64,000 bases of DNA from Trypanosoma brucei (taxonomy: Eukaryota), in contig CM000208.1 in assembly GCA_000002445.1 (NCBI GenBank), forward strand, positions 3,776,001 to 3,840,000. The letters are read 5' to 3'. Shown here piece after piece: positions 10,501-20,178 of the stretch; position 1 is the first letter of the stretch; each line of letters starts with the position of its first letter. Made by a program: the position numbers and the translations under genes. The notes below the pieces were generated by a model that had not been told where the DNA came from, searched no databases, and saw nothing but the letters and a program-made list of their open reading frames with translations.

Positions 10501-13500
10501 TGCAATCACAGACATCGGCTAGACCTACATCCAATCACGAAGAGCTTTCGTCAGAAGCTAAACAACAGTTCCCTGTGGAGTCACCGAAGGAAGCAACTCC
10601 GCATGTAGCCTCTCGTGCGTCTACGAAATCGTCGTCACCTCATGAGGATCCTTCACGTGCATCATCGAAGAAATCATCGGATGGTTCAATGCAACAAGAT
10701 CTTCCGTGGTTGCAATCACAGACATCGGCTAGACCTACATCCAATCACGAAGAGCTTTCGTCAGAAGCTAAACAACAGTTCCCTGTGGAGTCACCGAAGG
10801 AAGCAACTCCGCGTGTAGCCTCTCGTGCGTCTACGAAATCGTCGTCACCTCATGAGGATCCTTCACGTGCATCATCGAAGAAATCATCGGATGGTTCAAT
10901 GCAACAAGATCTTCCGTGGTTGCAATCACAGACATCGGCTAGACCTACATCCAATCACGAAGAGCTTTCGTCAGAAGCTAAACAACAGTTCCCTGTGGAG
11001 TCACCGAAGGAAGCAACTCCGCATGTAGCCTCTCGTGCGTCTACGAAATCGTCGTCACCTCATGAGGATCCTTCACGTGCATCATCGAAGAAATCATCGG
11101 ATGGTTCAATGCAACAAGATCTTCCGTGGTTGCAATCACAGACATCGGCTAGACCTACATCCAATCACGAAGAGCTTTCGTCAGAAGCTAAACAACAGTT
11201 CCCTGTGGAGTCACCGAAGGAAGCAACTCCGCATGTAGCCTCTCGTGCGTCTACGAAATCGTCGTCACCTCATGAGGATCCTTCACGTGCATCATCGAAG
11301 AAATCATCGGATGGTTCAATGCAACAAGATCTTCCGTGGTTGCAATCACAGACATCGGCTAGACCTACATCTAATCACGAAGAGCTTTCGTCAGAAGCTA
11401 AACAACAGTTCCCTGTGGAGTCACCGAAGGAAGCAACTCCGCGTGTAGCCTCTCGTGCGTCTACGAAATCGTCGTCACCTCATGAGGATCCTTCACGTGC
11501 ATCATCGAAGAAATCATCGGATGGTTCAATGCAACAAGATCTTCCGTGGTTGCAATCACAGACATCGGCTAGACCTACATCCAATCACGAAGAGCTTTCG
11601 TCAGAAGCTAAACAACAGTTCCCTGTGGAGTCACCGAAGGAAGCAACTCCGCGTGTAGCCTCTCGTGCGTCTACGAAATCGTCGTCACCTCATGAGGATC
11701 CTTCACGTGCATCATCGAAGAAATCATCGGATGGTTCAATGCAACAAGATCTTCCGTGGTTGCAATCACAGACATCGGCTAGACCTACATCTAATCACGA
11801 AGAGCTTTCGTCAGAAGCTAAACAACAGTTCCCTGTGGAGTCACCGAAGGAAGCAACTCCGCATGTAGCCTCTCGTGCGTCTACGAAATCGTCGTCACCT
11901 CATGAGGATCCTTCACGTGCATCATCGAAGAAATCATCGGATGGTTCAATGCAACAAGATCTTCCGTGGTTGCAATCACAGACATCGGCTAGACCTACAT
12001 CTAATCACGAAGAGCTTTCGTCAGAAGCTAAACAACAGTTCCCTGTGGAGTCACCGAAGGAAGCAACTCCGCGTGTAGCCTCTCGTGCGTCTACGAAATC
12101 GTCGTCACCTCATGAGGATCCTTCACGTGCATCATCGAAGAAATCATCGGATGGTTCAATGCAACAAGATCTTCCGTGGTTGCAATCACAGACATCGGCT
12201 AGACCTACATCTAATCACGAAGAGCTTTCGTCAGAAGCTAAACAACAGTTCCCTGTGGAGTCACCGAAGGAAGCAACTCCGCATGTAGCCTCTCGTGCGT
12301 CTACGAAATCGTCGTCACCTCATGAGGATCCTTCACGTGCATCATCGAAGAAATCATCGGATGGTTCAATGCAACAAGATCTTCCGTGGTTGCAATCACA
12401 GACATCGGCTAGACCTACATCCAATCACGAAGAGCTTTCGTCAGAAGCTAAACAACAGTTCCCTGTGGAGTCACCGAAGGAAGCAACTCCGCGTGTAGCC
12501 TCTCGTGCGTCTACGAAATCGTCGTCACCTCATGAGGATCCTTCACGTGCATCATCGAAGAAATCATCCGATGGTTCAATGCAACAAGATCTTCCGTGGT
12601 TGCAATCACAGACATCGGCTAGACCTACATCTAATCACGAAGAGCTTTCGTCAGAAGCTAAACAACAGTTCCCTGTGGAGTCACCGAAGGAAGCAACTCC
12701 GCATGTAGCCTCTCGTGCGTCTACGAAATCGTCGTCACCTCATGAGGATCCTTCACGTGCATCATCGAAGAAATCATCGGATGGTTCAATGCAACAAGAT
12801 CTTCCGTGGTTGCAATCACAGACATCGGCTAGACCTACATCCAATCACGAAGAGCTTTCGTCAGAAGCTAAACAACAGTTCCCTGTGGAGTCACCGAAGG
12901 AAGCAACTCCGCGTGTAGCCTCTCGTGCGTCTACGAAATCGTCGTCACCTCATGAGGATCCTTCACGTGCATCATCGAAGAAATCATCGGATGGTTCAAT
13001 GCAACAAGATCTTCCGTGGTTGCAATCACAGACATCGGCTAGACCTACATCTAATCACGAATTGCTTTCGTCAGAAGCTAAACAACAGTTCCCTGTGGAG
13101 TCACCGAAGGAAGCAACTCCGCATGTAGCCTCTCGTGCGTCTACGAAATCGTCGTCACCTCATGAGGATCCTTCTCGTGTTGTTTGTGATGTGACCTCGC
13201 AGGAACTCTTGGAGCATGTTGTCTTGAATGATATTGATGAATCTCCTCTTCATATTTCCTGTGCTGCCGGATTTCGCTCGTTCGATTTCGGATCTTCTGT
13301 ATCTGGGAGTAAGGTAAGTCCTGCGACTTTGAGGGATTATGCTGCACGGTGTCATATGGTACGAATAGAAAACAATCTGAGCAAGGAGGATATTCGTCTA
13401 GTTTCTCATTCAACCGCCAATGATAGGGAATCTAAAATGTTAAGCACCGGTGATAGCAGTGGTGTCCTACATTCATCGAAAGTTATGCTGGTCGAAGTGC

Positions 13501-16500
13501 TGGCATCGGAAAATCCTCCTCTGCTGTCCGAAATGTCTTTAAGTAATGTAGAATGTGTAAGCGCAGAAATAAATACAGATCCTTCATCCGCTTCCACTAC
13601 CCACACGAAAGAACCGAAACAAGAACCTTCACGACCCTTAAAAAAGCAAGCGGAATCGCCAGATGAAATATCTCAAGAGCCAACTAAGGAATCTGAAAAG
13701 CAGGAGGAATCACGCCCATCATCTGCAACACGAGATGAATCATCTCAAATTTCAACTAAGGAATCAGAAAAGCAGAAGGAATCACGCGTATATTCGGAAT
13801 CGCCAGATGAAATATCTCAAGAGCCAACTAAGGAATCAGAGAAGCAGGAGGAATCACGCGTATATTCGGAATCGCCAGATGAAATATCTCAAGAGCCAAC
13901 TAAGGAATCAGAGAAGCAGGAGGAATCACGCGTATATTCGGAATCGCCAGATGAAATATCTCAAGAGCCAACTAAGGAATCTGAAAAGCAGGAGGAATCA
14001 CGCCCATCATCTGCAACACGAGATGAATCATCTCAAATTTCAACTAAGGAATCTGAAAAGCAGGAGGAATCACGCCCATCATCTGCAACACGAGATGAAT
14101 CATCTCAAATTTCAACTAAGGAATCTGAAAAGCAGGAGGAATCACGCCCATCATCTGCAACACGAGATGAATCATCTCAAATTTCAACTAAGGAATCTGA
14201 AAAGCAGGAGGAATCACGCGTATATTCGGAATCGCCAGATGAAATATCTCAAGAGCCAACTAAGGAATCTGAAAAGCAGGAGGAATCACGCCCATCATCT
14301 GCAACACGAGATGAATCATCTCAAATTTCTAAGGAATCTGAAAAGCAGGAGGAATCACGCGTATATTCGGAATCGCCAGATGAAATATCTCAAGAGCCAA
14401 CTAAGGAATCTGAAAAGCAGGAGGAATCACGCGTATATTCGGAATCGCCAGATGAAATATCTCAAATGTCAACTAAGGAATCAGAGAAGCAGGAGGAATC
14501 ACGCGTATATTCGGAATCGCCAGATGAAATATCTCAAATGTCAACTAAGGAATCAGAGAAGCAGGAGGAATCACGCGTATATTCGGAATCGCCAGATGAA
14601 ATATCTCAAGAGCCAACTAAGGAATCAGAGAAGCAGGAGGAATCACGCGTATATTCGGAATCGCCAGATGAAATATCTCAAGAGCCAACTAAGGAATCTG
14701 AAAAGCAGGAGGAATCACGCGTATATTCGGAATCGCCAGATGAAATATCTCAAGAGCCAACTAAGGAATCAGAGAAGCAGGAGGAATCACGCGTATATTC
14801 GGAATCGCCAGATGAAATATCTCAAGAGCCAACTAAGGAATCTGAAAAGCAGGAGGAATCACGCGTATATTCGGAATCGCCAGATGAAATATCTCAAGAG
14901 CCAACTAAGGAATCTGAAAAGCAGGAGGAATCACGCCCATCATCTGCAACACGAGATGAATCATCTCAAGAGCCAACTAAGGAATCAGAGAAGCAGGAGG
15001 AATCACGCCCATCATCTGCAACACGAGATGAATCATCTCAAATTTCAACTAAGGAATCTGAAAAGCAGGAGGAATCACGCGTATATTCGGAATCGCCAGA
15101 TGAATCATCTCAAATTTCAACTAAGGAATCTGAAAAGCAGGAGGAATCACGCCCATCATCTGCAACACGAGATGAATCATCTCAAATGTCAACTAAGGAA
15201 TCTGAAAAGCAGGAGGAATCACGCCCATCATCTCAAATGTCAAGTAAGGAATCTGAAAAGCAGAAGGAAAAGGCGGTTTCATCCTCGATGTCTAGTGCCT
15301 CTTCACTGTCTTCGGAACCTAGGAATAGATATTCAGGCAAGCTGTCTTCGAGTCGTAAATCCATTTCTTCGGTGGGGCGGAGGAACGGAGAGCATTTTTC
15401 TTCGTCAAGGGATGGAAGCGGTGAAGGCACGTCGAGTAGTAATGAGTCTTTGACATCTTTAGAAGGTGAAGAAGGCTCTGAGGAAGATTCGTCGACGTCT
15501 TTCTCCACCCGTTCTAGTGGCTCTGGCGGTAGTAGAAAAAGAAAGATTGGTAGTGGAAAGGTTGTTGAATCTGTTTATCGCTCAACTAGTGGTGTGTCAA
15601 CAGCACTAACAATAGGGACCAAAGATGGACTTAAGGTACGGAAGCAGAACAAGGGTGAAGAATGTGCGGATGAAATGAGCAACAAAGCGATGACGAAGGA
15701 TTCTTGTGCCGGATGTTTTCCCCATCCTTTGTTACCCAAAGTCACAGGAACGAATAAGGAGTACGGGAATGGCGAGGCCGGTAGCGGTCCTTGCGTATGG
15801 AAAACCGCTAATGCTAGTCTGTACCGTGGTCCATTGAGGGCAGGAAACAAATCGCTCGGTAGCAGACACTACTCGCCGCGAACGGTGTATCTGGGGAAGC
15901 CTGAGGCCAGGGCGAGAGCCGGGGCATTTGGTCTCTCCGCCGCAGGGAGGTTGCGTAAGGCTTACAAGTCGCCCTCAGCACCCTCAGGTGAAGAGCAGAA
16001 CCGCAGCGGAGGGACTTCCCCCACATCATTAAGGAGAAATATCGCAAGGGTAAAAAGTGAGCTTATGAGAGTTCGTCAAAACATAAAGGCACTTATTCGA
16101 AAAAGAACCCCTAGGCGCGCGCTTAAGAGGTCTGAACAAAACTTGAAGTACGTGGATGTGGAGTCTCTACGGCGAGAGCACGAGCACCTGCTGCAGCTTG
16201 TTCAAATTTGGGAAACAGGAGAAATAAATATCGACCTGCTTGTGGATAGTGCCAATAGGGAGCTGCGACGCGCAAAAGAAAAGCTTGCCGAGGCCAAAGA
16301 GCGGAGGCGTAGGGTTGCATCCGAAAGGCGGCACGCATCACTGGTGATTTCACGGATGGTGAAGGAACGAACAGCGGATGATGATGATAAAAGCAATCGG
16401 CAGCGAAAGGAGGGCATGTATGCTCGCCTTACACTTCAAGGTAAGGTGGATGAACTACTTGAAAAAATCAGCACAGCGCGCGGCACCTCGTCAAAACTTA

Positions 16501-17870
16501 GTGATAAGATTAAGTCACTTGAGAGTCACATGAGGCAGGAAAAATTAACGGATATGAAACCTGAGGAATATCGTGAGTTGCAAAAGATGGTTGAAGGTAA
16601 TCGAAAACTTATTCATAGACTCAATACTGCCATCATAATTGCTGGGGGTTCTCAGGTACCCTTGACAGTTACGGCTGAAATGAACAATGACGAAGACTTG
16701 AGTGGTGTCAAGTTCCCGGGAAAGGCGAAGCTTGATGCTGAGGCGGAGAAACTAGCGAGTAGGGTAAGTCGAATGGACGCGCGAATCGCGGAACTTGTAG
16801 AAAAGGTTAGCGTGTTGTTCCCCAACGATCCAAAGATTCGGAGACGTAGTATAAGCAACATGGAGGGGGTAGGTGGGCGGATGGTGAGCTACGAGCATTC
16901 GTCAAGCCCTGATGGCAGTCGGCATTTTGCGGCAGGTCAGTCCCCGTCGAAGGCATTCCTTGGGGCACCAGGTGCTTCTATCCGAAGGTCGAGGCTGCCG
17001 ATGCTAAGCGATGCCACAGGATCCTCGAACCCCCTCAACACGTGGCATTCATCCGATTCGTGGAGCCCTGGGAGGGATGCCACCGGACGGCAGGGGTCTC
17101 CCAAGAAAGGGAAAGGATTGGGGGGAGCGGATCGGACCCTACTGCCATCTGTAAGGAAGGTGCCACCAACGTTCATTACATCCTACAAGAATGAGAGCAC
17201 GACGTCAACCGTTGAAGAAAGCACGCATAGTCGAACCGCGGTGAAGAACATTCCACAGGACAATGGAGCAAAATCAGGCTCGAAGGATGCAGCGAAGGAG
17301 CGCAAGCCCGAAAAAGAAACAGAAAGGGAGGTCAAATCAGCCGTTGGTAACGGTGGATCGGAAATCCATAATTGCGAAGCTCCCGGCTCCGTCGCCAGCA
17401 GTTCAGGTGAAGCGGACGAAAGCCGTACCCTAAGTACCGGTAGTATGGATAAGAGCTCCAACAGCAACATTCATACCACACCAAACCAAAAGGGTCACAA
17501 GCCTGCGAAACAGGAAGCGGATGAACCTTCGGAACGGTACACGACACCGCTTTCCGAGCAGTCGACCGGGCGGTCACAACAGTACACCAGCCCCTCATCG
17601 CAACTGTCGTCGGCGACATCTCCATCCTCAGTGGAGCAAGCAAGACCGTCGGCGCGATCGTCATCAGCTTTGTCAGGAGCCTCCGAGCGGTCGTCTGCCT
17701 CTTCTCCACTATCCACTTCAATCCGCAAGGAGGACGGTCGCATGTCCAACCAGGAAGAGGAACGGGCTCCTGACAAATCGCCATCGGCAGGTGATGACGT
17801 CTCGACAATACCAGACGAGGTGGTTGAGGGGGAAGACTCCGGAAGGGAAACACCCGTCTGGTTACGATAA
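7512..17870 (+). CDS. Giant Ser/Glu-rich repetitive protein (3452 aa) with two tandem-repeat blocks and a C-terminal coiled-coil region
   Basis: Uninterrupted 10.4-kb ORF starting at an ATG. It has ~25.7 copies of a 70-aa repeat and ~22 copies of a 24-aa repeat. The C-terminal ~900 aa include heptad-like charged segments (LRRAKEKLAEAKERRRR..., KLDAEAEKLASRVSRMDARIAELVEKV). No enzymatic motif recognised. It resembles the repetitive cytoskeletal/antigen proteins of trypanosomatids. Confidence 0.85.
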   Translation: MADSIDYENDFEEIVLCDVTPAETQSTTNSEQSPGPEKKENEETPCTPTKIKKESNSTTISNKSGTTPTKEYINNNTKQSTNASPFLESQTSARLTSNHEELSSEAKQQFPVESPKEATPRVASRASTKSSSPHEDPSRASSKKSSDGSMQQDLPWLQSQTSARPTSNHEELSSEAKQQFPVESPKEATPRVASRASTKSSSPHEDPSRASSKKSSDGSMQQDLPWLQSQTSARPTSNHEELSSEAKQQFPVESPKEATPHVASRASTKSSSPHEDPSRASSKKSSDGSMQQDLPWLQSQTSARPTSNHEELSSEAKQQFPVESPKEATPHVASRASTKSSSPHEDPSRASSKKSSDGSMQQDLPWLQSQTSARPTSNHEELSSEAKQQFPVESPKEATPHVASRASTKSSSPHEDPSRASSKKSSDGSMQQDLPWLQSQTSARPTSNHEELSSEAKQQFPVESPKEATPRVASRASTKSSSPHEDPSRASSKKSSDGSMQQDLPWLQSQTSARPTSNHEELSSEAKQQFPVESPKEATPRVASRASTKSSSPHEDPSRASSKKSSDGSMQQDLPWLQSQTSARPTSNHEELSSEAKQQFPVESPKEATPHVASRASTKSSSPHEGPSRASSKKSSDGSMQQDLPWLQSQTSARPTSNHEELSSEAKQQFPVESPKEATPHVASRASTKSSSPHEDPSRASSKKSSDGSMQQDLPWLQSQTSARPTSNHEELSSEAKQQFPVESPKEATPHVASRASTKSSSPHEDPSRASSKKSSDGSMQQDLPWLQSQTSARPTSNHEELSSEAKQQFPVESPKEATPRVASRASTKSSSPHEDPSRASSKKSSDGSMQQDLPWLQSQTSARPTSNHEELSSEAKQQFPVESPKEATPHVASRASTKSSSPHEDPSRASSKKSSDGSMQQDLPWLQSQTSARPTSNHEELSSEAKQQFPVESPKEATPHVASRASTKSSSPHEDPSRASSKKSSDGSMQQDLPWLQSQTSARPTSNHEELSSEAKQQFPVESPKEATPHVASRASTKSSSPHEDPSRASSKKSSDGSMQQDLPWLQSQTSARPTSNHEELSSEAKQQFPVESPKEATPRVASRASTKSSSPHEDPSRASSKKSSDGSMQQDLPWLQSQTSARPTSNHEELSSEAKQQFPVESPKEATPHVASRASTKSSSPHEDPSRASSKKSSDGSMQQDLPWLQSQTSARPTSNHEELSSEAKQQFPVESPKEATPHVASRASTKSSSPHEDPSRASSKKSSDGSMQQDLPWLQSQTSARPTSNHEELSSEAKQQFPVESPKEATPRVASRASTKSSSPHEDPSRASSKKSSDGSMQQDLPWLQSQTSARPTSNHEELSSEAKQQFPVESPKEATPRVASRASTKSSSPHEDPSRASSKKSSDGSMQQDLPWLQSQTSARPTSNHEELSSEAKQQFPVESPKEATPHVASRASTKSSSPHEDPSRASSKKSSDGSMQQDLPWLQSQTSARPTSNHEELSSEAKQQFPVESPKEATPRVASRASTKSSSPHEDPSRASSKKSSDGSMQQDLPWLQSQTSARPTSNHEELSSEAKQQFPVESPKEATPHVASRASTKSSSPHEDPSRASSKKSSDGSMQQDLPWLQSQTSARPTSNHEELSSEAKQQFPVESPKEATPRVASRASTKSSSPHEDPSRASSKKSSDGSMQQDLPWLQSQTSARPTSNHEELSSEAKQQFPVESPKEATPHVASRASTKSSSPHEDPSRASSKKSSDGSMQQDLPWLQSQTSARPTSNHEELSSEAKQQFPVESPKEATPRVASRASTKSSSPHEDPSRASSKKSSDGSMQQDLPWLQSQTSARPTSNHELLSSEAKQQFPVESPKEATPHVASRASTKSSSPHEDPSRVVCDVTSQELLEHVVLNDIDESPLHISCAAGFRSFDFGSSVSGSKVSPATLRDYAARCHMVRIENNLSKEDIRLVSHSTANDRESKMLSTGDSSGVLHSSKVMLVEVLASENPPLLSEMSLSNVECVSAEINTDPSSASTTHTKEPKQEPSRPLKKQAESPDEISQEPTKESEKQEESRPSSATRDESSQISTKESEKQKESRVYSESPDEISQEPTKESEKQEESRVYSESPDEISQEPTKESEKQEESRVYSESPDEISQEPTKESEKQEESRPSSATRDESSQISTKESEKQEESRPSSATRDESSQISTKESEKQEESRPSSATRDESSQISTKESEKQEESRVYSESPDEISQEPTKESEKQEESRPSSATRDESSQISKESEKQEESRVYSESPDEISQEPTKESEKQEESRVYSESPDEISQMSTKESEKQEESRVYSESPDEISQMSTKESEKQEESRVYSESPDEISQEPTKESEKQEESRVYSESPDEISQEPTKESEKQEESRVYSESPDEISQEPTKESEKQEESRVYSESPDEISQEPTKESEKQEESRVYSESPDEISQEPTKESEKQEESRPSSATRDESSQEPTKESEKQEESRPSSATRDESSQISTKESEKQEESRVYSESPDESSQISTKESEKQEESRPSSATRDESSQMSTKESEKQEESRPSSQMSSKESEKQKEKAVSSSMSSASSLSSEPRNRYSGKLSSSRKSISSVGRRNGEHFSSSRDGSGEGTSSSNESLTSLEGEEGSEEDSSTSFSTRSSGSGGSRKRKIGSGKVVESVYRSTSGVSTALTIGTKDGLKVRKQNKGEECADEMSNKAMTKDSCAGCFPHPLLPKVTGTNKEYGNGEAGSGPCVWKTANASLYRGPLRAGNKSLGSRHYSPRTVYLGKPEARARAGAFGLSAAGRLRKAYKSPSAPSGEEQNRSGGTSPTSLRRNIARVKSELMRVRQNIKALIRKRTPRRALKRSEQNLKYVDVESLRREHEHLLQLVQIWETGEINIDLLVDSANRELRRAKEKLAEAKERRRRVASERRHASLVISRMVKERTADDDDKSNRQRKEGMYARLTLQGKVDELLEKISTARGTSSKLSDKIKSLESHMRQEKLTDMKPEEYRELQKMVEGNRKLIHRLNTAIIIAGGSQVPLTVTAEMNNDEDLSGVKFPGKAKLDAEAEKLASRVSRMDARIAELVEKVSVLFPNDPKIRRRSISNMEGVGGRMVSYEHSSSPDGSRHFAAGQSPSKAFLGAPGASIRRSRLPMLSDATGSSNPLNTWHSSDSWSPGRDATGRQGSPKKGKGLGGADRTLLPSVRKVPPTFITSYKNESTTSTVEESTHSRTAVKNIPQDNGAKSGSKDAAKERKPEKETEREVKSAVGNGGSEIHNCEAPGSVASSSGEADESRTLSTGSMDKSSNSNIHTTPNQKGHKPAKQEADEPSERYTTPLSEQSTGRSQQYTSPSSQLSSATSPSSVEQARPSARSSSALSGASERSSASSPLSTSIRKEDGRMSNQEEERAPDKSPSAGDDVSTIPDEVVEGEDSGRETPVWLR
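7768..13170 (+). repeat. Coding tandem repeat, 210-bp (70-aa) unit, ~25.7 copies, >98% identical
   Basis: The period of 210 bp is seen directly (e.g. 'cgtgtagcctctcgtgcgtctacgaaatcg' at 7872, 8082, 8292 ...). The unit encodes LQSQTSARPTSNHEELSSEAKQQFPVESPKEATP[R/H]VASRASTKSSSPHEDPSRASSKKSSDGSMQQDLPW. Copies differ only at a few recurring positions: cgt/cat (R/H), cca/cta (P/L), tcg/tcc (silent), one D/G. Confidence 0.95.
13651..15268 (+). repeat. Coding tandem repeat, 72-bp (24-aa) unit, ~22 copies, two interspersed unit types
   Basis: Type A unit is ESRVYSESPDEISQEPTKESEKQE. Type B unit is ESRPSSATRDESSQISTKESEKQE. They share the ...TKESEKQEESR core. Minor variants include EP->MS and one unit with a 3-bp deletion. 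Confidence 0.9.
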
Positions 17871-18820
17871 TAACATATGGGTGGCCGGTCTAATGAGGGG
17901 GGGGGAAGACGGGCTTGGGGTTGCCATGTCATGTCAAAATAGAAAATGCGAGTGCCCCATGTGGCAACTCAGGAGGACGTGACTCGTCACACGTTTCGTG
18001 TCAGAGGTAGCTTCAGTTCGTTTCGCTCCCATAACCCTCTTTCACCTCCATTGTGCGTGTGTGTGGATGTCACTCTCTTTCTTTTAGTGTGCATTACTAC
18101 CTCCTGTAGCAGGTTGGTGGAACTAGTGGGGTAGAGGGGAATACCGGACCTTTGTTGTGCATATGCTGCGGATCTTGTATCCGCTTTTGAGCTGTACTTG
18201 TTTTGTAAGTTCAATTTCACTCTCCAACGGCGCCTCTCTTCTACCTTTCACCTTTCTGTGCCATTCAAGGTGCTTCAACAAGGGAAGAGCGTGCGATGTT
18301 GATTGCTGCACCCGCGGAACCCGTAGGGTGAAAAAGAGAGAGAGCGACCTGTCCATGGCGGCTTAAGGTACAGTCACACCAGACTTTCAGCAGTGTTCAG
18401 CGCATCTCAAAAGCGGTGCTAAGTTACTGTCGAGTGGGGTTGTGCCTCTTCCCTTATAGCGGTTGATGCTTGGCATACCAGTTTCGTGTAGGCGTGTTTT
18501 CTGGCCGAGGTTAATTGGGTAAAACTGGAGGGTCATGCACTGCGAGGGAGGGAAAATGAAGTAAAGGTAAGAGTATATACAGTTACCTGACCTGGTGTGA
18601 GATGCCTATATAACGCAGACACTATGTCATGAGCAAGGGTCTACAGAACCTTAGTTAACGGTGAAATCGCTGCTGTTTGCGATGCGGTGATTCTACCGTC
18701 GTTTTTTTGGTGTTACATTTTGGGGGAGAGGAAGAGGAAGAAAGAAATCGCGTTTCGCCCAACGTATGAAGGCAACCTTGTTTAAGTATTTCATTGTTCT
18801 TCAAGGTTACCTAAAGTATC

Positions 18821-18841
18821 CTTCCCATTTTTTTTTTTTCA
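18821..18841 (+). promoter_or_regulatory. Polypyrimidine tract; candidate signal for trans-splicing and upstream polyadenylation, serving the downstream carrier gene
   Basis: 'cttcccatttttttttttttc' lies ~370 nt upstream of the 19207 ATG. In kinetoplastids such tracts direct SL trans-splicing at a downstream AG and polyadenylation of the upstream mRNA. This call is inferred; no site was mapped. Confidence 0.35.
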
Positions 18842-19206
18842 CATCCCTTAGGCAACAAGATAAAGCAAAAAAAAAGGGGGGTCGGTGTTGTTACGTGGAC
18901 ATTCATAGTTTGGAACATAAGGTGTGGAAGCGGCTGAGGGTCCTTTCCGCACCCAGTCGGTGCTATTTGTCCCGCTTGAGGCTTCTGCCGCCATCGCTAT
19001 CCGAAAGCAGTGCCCCATTGCTGGGGACGATACTTAACAAAAGAATTTTTTAAAAGAAAAAAAAGGCTCCCGCACGAGGAAGCCAATAGAGCATCTGTCC
19101 GAGAAGCGCGGATATTAGGAAGAAAGATAAGGAGAAAATTCTGCAGGGACATAACAAGTACACACACCCATAATATTATTATTCGTAATATTCTGATATT
19201 TTCTTC

Positions 19207-20178
19207 ATGTCTTCGGCGGCGGAAAAAAAACATGCACCGCTCGTGGATGTGGTGGCAGGAGGACTGGGTTCGGCAGCCGCTAAATCCTTGCTTGCCCCGT
19301 TTCAACGTATCGTCATACTTCAGCAGCTGGGAGAACATAGGAATCTCAATACATTTCAACTCGTCAGTCACATCAAAAGAAATGAAGGGTGGAGGGGCTT
19401 TTGGAGGGGGAATTTAACATCGATGATTATTCGGGTGCCGTACTCTGGTATGCAGTTTGTCACATATAGCAGGTTGAAGTTCCTTTTCCAAGACCTCTCT
19501 GAAAGATATGTGCGGCCACCCAAAGGGGATGACGGAGACATTCGGAACGCGAGCAGGCACGTGGAGACCGCCGAGTTGTTTCTAATGAAGTGTGGTGCGG
19601 GGGGTATATCTGCTACTATCGCGGGAGTTGCCGTGTACCCAGGCGAGGTGGTTCGCCTGCGCCTTATGTCAGGAGAGAAGCAATTCAAAAGTATCATGGG
19701 TACGATACGCATCATTCACGCCGAGACGAACTCCATGAAGAACTTTTACCGTGGGCTCGGGGCATCCCTGCTGCAGCGAGTGCCGGACATTCTTATCAAC
19801 TTTGCTACTTACGAAACGATCAAGTATAAGCTGATGGAGAAAGATTTCCTTAAAGATCATCCATCTTATAAGAATGCTATATCCACAACCATTGGCGGGG
19901 CGACAGCTGCCGTGGCGTCTATTGCAGTCTGTTTCCCCCTCGACGTGGCAAAGCGGCGGATTGGCATGTCTGGTCAAGGAAAGAGTGGAATTGTGCACCG
20001 GGGCGTTCGCGAATGTTTGTGGCATGTATACCGCTACGAGGGCATCCGAGGGTTATACGGTGGGGCGAGCGTAGAGATAATGCGCTGTGTCCCGCAGGTG
20101 GTGCTCATGTGGTTCTTCATAGAGGCAACGCAGAAGTTTCTCACAAATTACGGGTTCGGTAGCGACGCGCAGCCGTGA
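19207..20178 (+). CDS. Mitochondrial carrier family (SLC25-like) protein
   Basis: 323 aa with a three-fold ~100-aa architecture. Repeats 2 and 3 carry the carrier signature Px[D/E]xx[K/R]x[K/R] (PGEVVRLR and PLDVAKRR). Repeat 1 has a degenerate version (PFQRIVILQ). Hydrophobic helix pairs flank each signature. Confidence 0.85.
   Translation: MSSAAEKKHAPLVDVVAGGLGSAAAKSLLAPFQRIVILQQLGEHRNLNTFQLVSHIKRNEGWRGFWRGNLTSMIIRVPYSGMQFVTYSRLKFLFQDLSERYVRPPKGDDGDIRNASRHVETAELFLMKCGAGGISATIAGVAVYPGEVVRLRLMSGEKQFKSIMGTIRIIHAETNSMKNFYRGLGASLLQRVPDILINFATYETIKYKLMEKDFLKDHPSYKNAISTTIGGATAAVASIAVCFPLDVAKRRIGMSGQGKSGIVHRGVRECLWHVYRYEGIRGLYGGASVEIMRCVPQVVLMWFFIEATQKFLTNYGFGSDAQP

Noticed and set aside
7885-13128. 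Series of ~25 identical 67-aa ORFs (MRLRNRRHLMRILHVHHRRNH...) on the + strand
   Set aside because: Each is the +1 frame of one 210-bp repeat unit of the giant gene, closed once per unit by a stop. It is an artefact of the repeat.
13663-15453. 596-aa basic ORF (MKYLKSQLRNLKSRRNH...)
   Set aside because: Alternate frame of the 72-bp repeat block within the 7512-17870 gene. Its composition is driven by the repeat, not by independent coding.
19010-19417. 135-aa ORF overlapping the start of the mitochondrial carrier gene
   Set aside because: It is in a different frame and overlaps a well-supported CDS. It has low-complexity Lys/Arg content typical of a UTR read-through.
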